Assembly (NCBI GenBank): GCA_964016885.1
Contig: OZ024741.1
Span: 261,578,001 to 261,642,000, forward strand
Direction of reading: 5' to 3'
Length of the DNA stretch: 64,000 nt
DNA from: Eledone cirrhosa
Lineage: Eukaryota
Numbering within the stretch: the first letter of the stretch is position 1; each line of letters starts with the position of its first letter. The notes beneath the pieces are model-generated. The model did no database searches. It saw only the letters and a list, made by a program, of their open reading frames with translations, and was not told the origin of the DNA. Shown one piece after another: positions 54,701 through 64,000 of the stretch. The position numbers and the translations under genes are program-made.

Positions 54701-57700
54701 TTACGAGTGTTCTGACTACGAGTGTTCTGACTTACGGGTGCTCTGACTTACGAGTGTTTCGACTTACGAGTGTTTCGACTTACGAGTGTTTCGGCTTACG
54801 AGTGTTTCGACTTACGAGTGTTTTGACTTACGAATGTTTTGCCTTACGGGTGTTCCGGTTTACGAGTGTTTCGACTTACGAGTATTCTGACTTACGAGTG
54901 TTCCGACTTACGGGTGTTTCGACTTACGAGTGTTTCGACATACGAGTGTTCCGACCTATGAGGGTTTCGGCTTACTGGTGTTCCGACTTACGAGTATTTT
55001 CGGCTGACGAGTGTTTCGAGTTACGAGTGTTTTGACTTACGATTGTTTCGGCTTACGAGTGTTTCGGCTTACGAGTGTTTTGATTTACGAGTGTTTTGAC
55101 TTACGGGTGTTTCGACTTACGCGTGTTTCGACATACGAGTGTTTCGACTTACGAGTGTTTCGGCTTATGAGTGTTTCGAATTACGAGTGTTTTGACTTAC
55201 GGGTGTTTTGACATACGAGTGTTTCGGTACGAGTGTTCTGACTTACGAGTGTTCTGACTTACGAGTGTTCTGACTAACGGGTGTTCTGACTTACGAGTGT
55301 TGCGACTTACGAGTGTTTCGGCTATGAGTGTTTTGACTTACGTGTGTTTCGACTTACGGGTGTTTCGACTTACGAGTGTTTCGACTTACGTGTGTTTCCG
55401 CTTACGAGTGTTTCGGCTTACGAGTGTTTCGAATTACGAGTGTTTTGGCTTACGAATGTTTTGACTTACGGGTGTTTCGGTGTACGAGTGTTTCGACTTA
55501 AGGATGTTTCGACTTACGAGTGTTTTGACTTACGAGTGTTCTGACTTACGAGTGTTCTGACTTACGAGTGTTCCGACTTACGAGTGTTCCGACTTACGAG
55601 TGTTTCGGCTTACGAGTGTTTCGGCTTACGAGTGTTTCGGCTTATGAGTGTTTTGACTTACGAGTGTTCTGACTACGAGTGTTCTGACTTACGGGTGTTC
55701 TGACTTACGAGTGTTCCGACTTACGAGTGTTTCGGCTAATGAGTGTTTCGACTTACGGGCGTTTCGACTTACGGGTGTTTCGACTTACGAGTGTTTCGAC
55801 TTACGGGTGTTTCGACTTACGAGTGTTTTGAATTACGATTGTTTCGGCTTACGAGTGTTTCGACTTACGAGTATTTCGACTTACGAGTTTTTTTACTTAC
55901 GGTGTTTCGGCTTACGAGTGTTTCGACTTATGAGTGTTCTGATTTACGGATGTTTCGACATACGAGTGTTTTGACTTACGGTGTTTCGGCTTACGAGTGT
56001 TTCGACTTACGAGTGTTTCGACTTACGGGTGTTTCGACTTACGAGTGTTTCGACTTACGAGTGTTTCGACTTACGGGTGTTTCGGCTTACGAGTGTTTCG
56101 ACTTACGAGTGTTCTGACTTACGAGTGTTCCGGCTTACGAGTTTTTCGACTTACGAGTGTTTCGACTTACGAGTGTTTCGGCTTACAAGTGTTTCGGCTT
56201 ACGAGTGGTTTGACTTACGAGTGTTCTGACTACGAGTGTTCTGTCTTACGAGTGTTTCGACTTACGAGTGTTTCGGCTTATGAGTGTTTCGACTTACGAG
56301 TGTTTCGGCTTACGAGTGTTTCGACTTACGAGTGTTTCGACTTACGGGTGTTTCGACTTACGAGTGTTTCGACTACGAGTGTTTCGACTTACGAGTGTTT
56401 CGGCTTACGAGTGTTTCGACTTATGGGTGTTTCGACTTACGAGTGTTTTTACTTACGGTGTTTCGGCTTACGAGTGTTTCGACATACGAGTGTTTTGACT
56501 TACGGGTGTTTCGACTTACGAGTGTTTCGACTTACGAATGTTTTGACTTACGGGTGTTTCGGCTTACGAGTGTTTCGATTTATGAGTGTTTCGGCTTACG
56601 AGTGTTTCGACTTACTAATGTTTTTACTTACGAGTGTTTCGGCGTACGAGAGTTTTGACTTACGAGTGTTTCTACTTACGAGTGTTTCGACTTACGAGTG
56701 TTTTGACTTACGAATGTTTTGACTTACGGGTGTTTCGGCTTACGAGTGTTTCGACTTACGAGTCTTTCGGCTTACGAGTGTTTCGACTTACCAATGTTTT
56801 TACTTACGAGTGTTTCGGCGTACGAGTGTTTCGACTTACGAGTGTTTCGACTTACGGGTGTTTTGACTTACGGGTGTTTCGGCTTACGAGTATTTTTGGC
56901 TTACGAGTGTTTCGACTTACGAGTGTTTTGACTTACGAGTGTTCTAATTTACGGATGTTTCGACATACGAGTGTTTTGACTTACGAGTGTTTCGACTTAC
57001 GACTGTTTCGACTTACGAGTGTTTCGGCTTACGAGTGGTTTGACTTACGACTGTTCTGACTACGAGTGTTTTGACTTACGAGTGTTTCGGCTTATGAGTG
57101 TTTCGACTTACGAGTGTTTCGGCTTATGAGTGTTTCGACTTACGAGTGTTTCGGTTTACGAGTGTTTCGACTTACGAGTGTTTCGACTTACGGGTGTTTC
57201 GACTTACGAGTGTTTCGACTACGAGTGTTTCGACTTACGAGTGTTTCGGCTTACGAGTGTTTCGACATACGGGTGTTTCGACTTACGATGTTTCGGCTTA
57301 CGAGTGTTTCGACTTACGAGTGTTCTGACTTACGAGTGTTCTAATTTACGGATGTTTCGACATACGAGTGTTTTGACTTACGAGTGTTTCGACTTACGAG
57401 TGTTTCGACTTACGAGTGTTCCGACTTACGAGTGTTTCGGCTTACGAGTGTTTCGGCTTACGAGTGTTTCGACTTACGAGTGTTTCGACTTACGAGTGTT
57501 TCGACTTACGAGTGTTTCGACTTACGAGTGTTTTGAGATACGGTGTTTCGGCTTACGAGTGTTTCGACTTACGAGTGTTTCGACTTACGAGTGTTTTGAT
57601 ATACGGTGTTTCGGCTTACGAGTGTTTCGACATACGAGTGTTTTGACTTACGGGTGTTTCGACTTTCGGGTGTTTCGACTTAAGAGTGTTTCGACTTACG

Positions 57701-60340
57701 AGCGCTTCGACTTACGAGTGTTCTGACTTACCAGTGTTCCGACTTACGAGTGTTTCTGCTTACGAGTGTTTCGACTTACGAGTGTTTCGACTTACGAGTG
57801 TTTCGGCGTACGAGTGTTTTGACTTACGAGTGTTTCGACTTACGAGTGTTTCGACTTACGAGTGCTTTGACTTACGAATGTTTTGACTTACTTCGACTTA
57901 CGAGTGATCTGACTTACGAGTGTTCCTACTTACGAGTGTTTCGACTTACGAGTGTTTCGACTTGCGAGTGTTTCGACTTACGAGTGTTTCGACTTACGAG
58001 TGTTCTGACTTACGAGTGTTCTGACTTACGAGTGTTCCGACTTACGAGTGTTTCGGCTTACGAGTGTTTCGACTTACGAGTGTTCCGGCTTACGCGTCTT
58101 TCGACATACGAGTTTTTCGGCTTATGAGTGTTTCAACTTACGAGTGCTGCGGCTTACGAGTGTTTCGACTTACGAGTGTTCTGACTTACGAGTGTTCTGA
58201 CTTACGAATGTTCCGACTTACGAGTCTTTCGACTTACGAATGTTTTGGCTTACGAGTGTTTCGGCTTATGAGTGTTTCGACTTACGAGTGTTTCGACATA
58301 CGAGTGTTTTGACTTACGGATGTTTCGACTTACGGGTGTTTCGACTTAAGAGTGTTTCGACTTACGAGCGCTTCGACTCACGAGTGTTCTGACTTACGAG
58401 TGTTCTGACTTACGAATGTTCCGACTTACGAGTCTTTCGACTTACGAATGTTTTGGCTTACGAGTGTTTCGGCTTATGAGTGTTCCGACTTACGGGTGTT
58501 TCGACTTACGAGTGTTTCGACATTCGAGTGTTCCGACCTATGAGGGTTTCGGCTTACTGGTGTTCCGACTTACGAGTATTTTCGGCTGACGAGTGTTTCG
58601 AGTTACGAGTGTTTTGACTTACGATTGTTTCGGCTTACGAGTGTTTCGGCTTACGAGTGTTTTAATTTACGAGTGTTTTGACTTACGGGTGTTTCGACTT
58701 ACGCGTGTTTCGACTTACGAGTGTTTCGACTTACGAGTGTTTCGGCTTATGAGTGTTTCGAATTACGAGTGTTTTGACTTACGGGTGTTTTGACATACGA
58801 GTGTTTCGGTACGAGTGTTCTGACTTACGAGTGTTCTGACTTACGAGTGTTCTGACTTACGAGTGTTCTGACTAACGGGGTTCTGACTTACGAGTGTTGC
58901 GACTTACGAGTGTTTCGGCTATGAGTGTTTTGACTTACGTGTGTTTCGACTTACGGGTGTTTCGACTTACGAGTGTTTCGACTTACGTGTGTTTCCGCTT
59001 ACGAGTGTTTCGGCTTACGAGTGTTTCGAATTACGAGTGTTTTGGCTTACGAATGTTTTGACTTACGGGTGTTTCGGTGTACGAGTGTTTCGACTTAAGG
59101 ATGTTTCGACTTACGAGTGTTTCGACTTACGAGTGTTTCGACTTACGAGTGTTTCGACTTACGAGTGTTTTGGCTTACGAATGTTTTGACTTACGGGTGT
59201 TTCGACTTACGGGTGTTTCGGCTTACGAGTGTTTCGACTTACGAGTGTTTTGACTTACGAGTGTTCTGACTTACGAGTGTTCTGACTTACGAGTGTTCCG
59301 ACTTACGAGTGTTTCGGCTTACGAGTGTTTCGGCTTACGAGTGTTTCGGCTTATGAGTGTTTTGACTTACGAGTGTTCTGACTACGAGTGTTCTGACTTA
59401 CGGGTGTTCTGACTTACGAGTGTTCCGACTTACGAGTGTTTCGGCTAATGAGTGTTTCGACTTACGGGCGTTTCGACTTACGGGTGTTTCGACTTACGAG
59501 TGTTTCGACTTACGGGTGTTTCGACTTACGAGTGTTTTGAATTACGATTGTTTCGGCTTACGAGTGTTTCGACTTACGAGTATTTCGACTTACGAGTTTT
59601 TTTACTTACGGTGTTTCGGCTTACGCGTGTTTCGACTTATGAGTGTTCTGATTTACGGATGTTTCGACATACGAGTGTTTCGACTTACGGTGTTTCGACT
59701 TACGAGTGTTTCGACTTACGAGTGTTTCGACTTACGGGTGTTTCGACTTACGAGTGTTTCGACTTACGAGTGTTTCGACTTACGGGTGTTTCGGCTTACG
59801 AGTGTTTCGACTTACGAGTGTTCTGACTTACGAGTGTTCCGGCTTACGAGTTTTTCGACTTACGAGTGTTTCGACTTACGAGTGTTTCGGCTTACAAGTG
59901 TTTCGGCTTACGAGTGGTTTGACTTACGAATGTTCTGACTACGAGTGTTCTGTCTTACGAGTGTTTCGACTTACGAGTGTTTCGGCTTACGAGTGTTTCG
60001 ACTTACGAGTGTTTCGGCTTACGAGTGTTTCGACTTACGAGTGTTTCGACTTACGGGTGTTTCGACTTACGAGTGTTTCGACTACGAGTGTTTCGACTTA
60101 TGAGTGTTTTGACTTACGGTGTTTCGGCTTACGAGTGTTTCGACTTACGAGTGTTTTGACTTACTGGTGTTTTGACATACGAGTGTTTCGATACGAGTGT
60201 TTCGACTTACGAGTGTTCTGACTTACGAGTGTTCTGACTTACGAGTGTTCTGACTTACGAGTGTTCTAACTTACGAGTGTTCTGACTTACGAGTGTTCTG
60301 ACTTACGAGTGTTTCGGCTTACGAGTGTTTCGACTTACGA

Positions 60341-60409
60341 AAATAACAAATAGACGCGGTTTCAAATCTCTATGCTTTTCAAATTCAGTACATTAATCTT
60401 TATTTATAC
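60341..60409 (+). repeat. 69-bp AT-rich insert, copy 13
   Basis: Copy 10 position + 13,460. Confidence 0.95.
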
Positions 60410-61420
60410 GTTTCGCTTTACGAGTGTTCCGGCTTACGCGTCTTTCGACTTACGAGTGTTTCGGCTTATGAGTGTTTCGACTTACGAGTGCTTCGGCTTA
60501 CGAGTGTTTCGACTTACGAGTGTTCTGACTTACGACTGTTCTGACTTACGAATGTTCCGACTTACGAGTCTTTCGACTTACGAATGTTTTGGCTTACGAG
60601 TGTTTCGGCTTATGAGTGTTTCGACTTACGAGTGTTTCGACATACGAGTGTTTTGACTTACGGGTGTTTCGACTTACGGGTGTTTCGACTTAAGAGTGTT
60701 TCGACTTACGAGCGCTTCGACTTACGAGTGTTCTGACTTACGAGTGTTCCGACTTACGAGTGTTTCGGCTTACGAGTGTTTCGACTTACGAGTGTTCCGG
60801 CTTACGCGTGTTTCGACTTACGAGTGTTTCGGCTTATGAGTGTTTCGTCTTACGAGTGCTTCGGCTTACGAGTGTTTCGACTTACGAGTGTTTCGGCTTA
60901 CGAGTGTTTCGACTTACGAATGTTTTGGCTTACGAGTGTTTCGGCTTACGAGTGTTTCGACTTACGGGTGTTTCGACTTACGGGTGTTCCGTCTTAAGAG
61001 TGATTCGACTTACGAGCGCTTCGACTTACGAGTGTTCCGACTTACGAGTGTTTCTGCTTACGAGTGTTTCGACTTACGAATGTTTCGACTTACGAGTGTT
61101 TTGACTTACGGTTGTTTCGGCTTACGACTGTTTCGACTTACGAGTGTTTCGGCTTACGAATGTTTTGACTTACGAGTATTTCGGCTTACAAGTGTTTCGA
61201 CTTACGACTGTTTTGACTTACGGTTGTTTCGGCTTACGACTGTTTCGACTTACGAGTGTTTCGGCTTACGAGTGTTTCGGCTTACGAGTGTTTCGACTTA
61301 CGAGTGTTTGGGCTTACGAGTGTTTCAGTGTTTCGGCTTACGTGTGTTTCGACTGACGAGTGTTTCGATTTACGAGTGTTTCGGCTTACGAGTGTTTCGG
61401 CTTACGAGTGTTTCGGCTTA

Positions 61421-62159
61421 TTATATATAAACGTTTCTATTTCCATCGTTTTATCGAAAACGTTTATATATTTCCATCGTTATATCATAACGTTTATATT
61501 TCCGTCACTAATCTCTTTTTCTCCTTTTTCGTTTTAACATATATTTATTTCAAAGATTTCACCGTATAGATAACATATATATTTATACATGCATAAAAGA
61601 CACACTGAGAGACGGTGAACATGTGGTGCCAAAAACATTTCTAATCCAAATCTCAACAATATCAGTATATACACTAGATTTGCTAGCAGGAAACCGCCCA
61701 CCGGGTGGTCTTCTGCTAGTCTATATATATAAAACTGAGGATGTCTGTCTGTGTGTGAGTTTGAATCCCTAAAACTCGAGAACCACCCAACCGACTGTTT
61801 TCAAACTTTACACATGTAATACTTACGTTTCAGGGAGTGTTCTGAGCAAACAATATTTCAAATTTTCAATGCCCTAGGGACCACATTAGGCGATTTAGCG
61901 ATCTCTCTCTATAATTCTTAGTCTTTCTCTTTTTAGATAGATACATACATATAACGTCGTGCCCTTATAATATCTGTCTGTATGTCTGGCTGTCTGCATT
62001 ACGTCACTTCCCTGAGGATGTCTGTCTGTGTGTGTGTCTGTGAGTTTGAATCCCTAAAATGCGAGAAGTACCCAACCGATTTTTTTCAAACTTTACATGT
62101 GTATTACTTATGTTTCAGGGAGTGTTTGTTATGCACATAAAATTCAACCTTTTGATCTG
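61421..62159 (+). mobile_element. 739-bp island, copy 4: putative Helitron head-to-tail junction
   Basis: Matches copy 3 at offset 13,460. CTAG|TC junction at 61719/61720. Confidence 0.7.
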
Positions 62160-63351
62160 GTGTTTCGACTTACGAGTGTTTCGACTTACGAGTGTTTCGA
62201 CTTACGAGTGTTTTGACTTACGAGTGTTTTGACTTACGGTATTTCTGCTTACGAGTGTTTCGACTTACGAGTGTTCTGACCTACGAGTGTTCTGACTTAC
62301 GAGTTTTTCGACTTACGAGTGTTTTGACTTACGGGTGTTTCGACTTGCGAGTGTTTCGAGTTACGAGTGTTTCGAGTTACGAGTGTTTCGACTTACGAGT
62401 ATTTTGACTTACGAATGTTCTGACTTACGGGTGTTTCGGCTTCCGAGTGTTTCGACTTACGAGTGTTATAACTTGCGGGTCTTTCGATTTACGCGTGTTT
62501 TGACTTACGGGCGTTTCGACTTAGGAGTGTTTCGACTACGAATGTTCCGACATACGAGTGTTTCGACTTACGAGTGTTTCGACTTACGAGTGTTCTGACT
62601 TACGAGTGTTCCGGCTTACGAGTTTTTCGACTTACGAGTGTTTCGACTTACGAGTGTTTCGACTTACGAGTGTTTCGGCTTACGAGTGGTTTGACTTACG
62701 AGTGTTCTGACTACGAGTGTTCTGACTTACGAGTGTTTCGGTTTATGAGTGTTTCGACTTACGAGTGTTTCGGCTTACGAGTGTTTCGACTTACGAGTGT
62801 TTCGTCTTACGGGTGTTTCGACTTACGAGTGTTTCGTCTACGAGTGTTTCGACTTACGAGTGTTTCGGCTTACGAGTGTTTCGACATACGGATGTTTCGA
62901 CTTACGGTGTTTCGGCTTACGAGTGTTTCGACTTACGAGTGTTCTGACTTACGAGTGTTCTGACTTATGAGTGTTCTGACTTACGAGTGTTCCGACTTAC
63001 GAGTGTTTCGGCTTACGAGTGTTTCGGCTTACGAGTGTTTCGACTTACGAGTGTTTCGACTTACGAGTGTTTCGACTTATGAGTGTTTTGAGTTACGGTG
63101 TTTCGGCTTACGAGTGTTTCGACTTACGAGTGTTTTGACTTACTGGTGTTTTGACATACGAGTGTTTCGATACGAGTGTTTCGACTTACGAGTGTTCTGA
63201 CTTACGAGTGTTCTGACTTACGAGTGTTCTGACTTACGAGTGATCTAACTTACGAGTGTTCTGACTTACGAGTGTTCTGACTTACGAGTGTTCTGACTTA
63301 CGAGTGTTTCGGCTCACGAGTGTTTCGGCTTACGAGTGTTTCGACTTACGA

Positions 63352-63420
63352 AAATAACAAATAGACGCGGTTTCAAATCTCTATGCTTTTCAAATTCAGT
63401 ACATTAATCTTTATTTATAC
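63352..63420 (+). repeat. 69-bp AT-rich insert, copy 14
   Basis: Copy 11 position + 13,460. Confidence 0.95.
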
Positions 63421-64000
63421 GTTTCGCTTTACGAGTGTTTCGACTTACGAGTGTTTCGACTTACGAGTGTTTCGGCTTACGAGTGTTTTGACTTACGAGT
63501 GTTTTGACTTACATGTTTTTCGACTTACGCGTGTTTCGACTTACGAGTGTTTCGACTTGCGAGTGTTTCGACTACGGGTGTTTCGACTTACGAATGTTTT
63601 GACTTACGGATGTTTTGACTTACGGGTGTTTCGGCTTATGAGTGTTTCGACTTACGAGTGTTCTGACTTACGAGTGTTCTGACTTACGAGTGTTCCGACT
63701 TACGAGTGTTTCGACTTAAGAGTGTTTCGGATTACGAGTGCTTCGACTTACGAGTGTTTCGGCTAACGAGTGTTTCGACTTACGAGTGTTCTGACTACGA
63801 GTGTTCTGACTTACGGGTGTTCTGACTTACGAGTGTTCCGACTTACGAGTGTTCGGCTTTCGAGTGTTTCGACTTACGAGTGTTTCGGGTTACGAGTGTT
63901 TCGACTTACGAATGTTTTCGCTTACGAGTGTTTCCGCTTACGAGTGTTTCGACTTACGAGTGTTTCGACTTACGAGTGTTTTGACTTACGGTTGTTCGGC

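Larger units (their letters stand above)
1..64000 (+). repeat. 16-bp tandem satellite array (consensus TTCGACTTACGAGTGT), extending past both window edges
   Basis: The 16-bp period is directly visible throughout, with all monomers in one orientation. Common variants are TTCGGC, TTTGAC, TCTGAC, TCCGAC, TACGGG and TATGAG, plus shorter deletion monomers. Only the 69-bp and 739-bp inserts interrupt it. Confidence 0.99.
31560..64000 (+). repeat. 13,460-bp higher-order tandem repeat, about 2.4 copies (~31560-45019, 45020-58479, 58480-end)
   Basis: Islands, 69-bp inserts and the ORF track recur at an exact 13,460 offset (e.g. 31673/45133/58593 and 33452/46912/60372). Only a few SNPs were seen between copies. 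Confidence 0.96.

Noticed and set aside
316-63682. Hundreds of + strand ORFs encoding FRLTSVSTYECFDLRV-like repeats
   Set aside because: The consensus 16-mer has no stop codon on the + strand. Since 16 mod 3 = 1, all three frames give the same 16-aa cycle. ORFs overlap in all frames, use arbitrary GTG/TTG starts and mostly end at C>T-created TGA. The TTA in each monomer (TAA on the minus strand) explains the absence of minus-strand ORFs.
17079-63682. ORFs starting MLFKFSTLIFIYTFRF (signal-peptide-like)
   Set aside because: This is an ATG inside the AT-rich 69-bp insert reading into satellite. The hydrophobicity follows from T-richness, lengths vary, and copy 1 is frameshifted just after the insert.
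1-64000. CRISPR array or other repeat-spacer system
   Set aside because: Monomers abut with no unique spacers, the inserts are copies of each other, and there are no cas genes or leader.
1-64000. Telomerase-made telomeric repeat (T/G-biased strand, 16-bp unit)
   Set aside because: There are no G-runs, monomers are highly variable, and variants are inherited in kilobase blocks with inserts. This indicates recombination or duplication, not templated addition.

Overview
The whole 64 kb window is a head-to-tail, single-orientation satellite array of a 16-bp monomer (consensus TTCGACTTACGAGTGT, two CpGs), most likely from a eukaryote; the organism cannot be determined from the sequence. I find no credible protein-coding or RNA genes. 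All supplied ORFs are artefacts of a stop-free 16-mer. Two non-satellite sequences interrupt the array: a 69-bp AT-rich insert (14 copies) and a 739-bp island (4 copies). Each island contains a 37-nt GC-cored hairpin ending in CTAG, fused directly to TCTATATATATAAAA plus a GTCT/GT-rich tract. This looks like a Helitron 3' end joined head-to-tail to a Helitron 5' end. If so, the satellite lies inside tandemly arrayed non-autonomous Helitron units of 7,115 and 13,460 bp. Monomer variants also reveal nested higher-order duplications (about 221 bp, 1.8 kb, 2,726 bp, 7-9 kb and a near-identical 13,460-bp repeat). Island and insert coordinates were counted by hand; higher-order boundaries are approximate and were set by eye.
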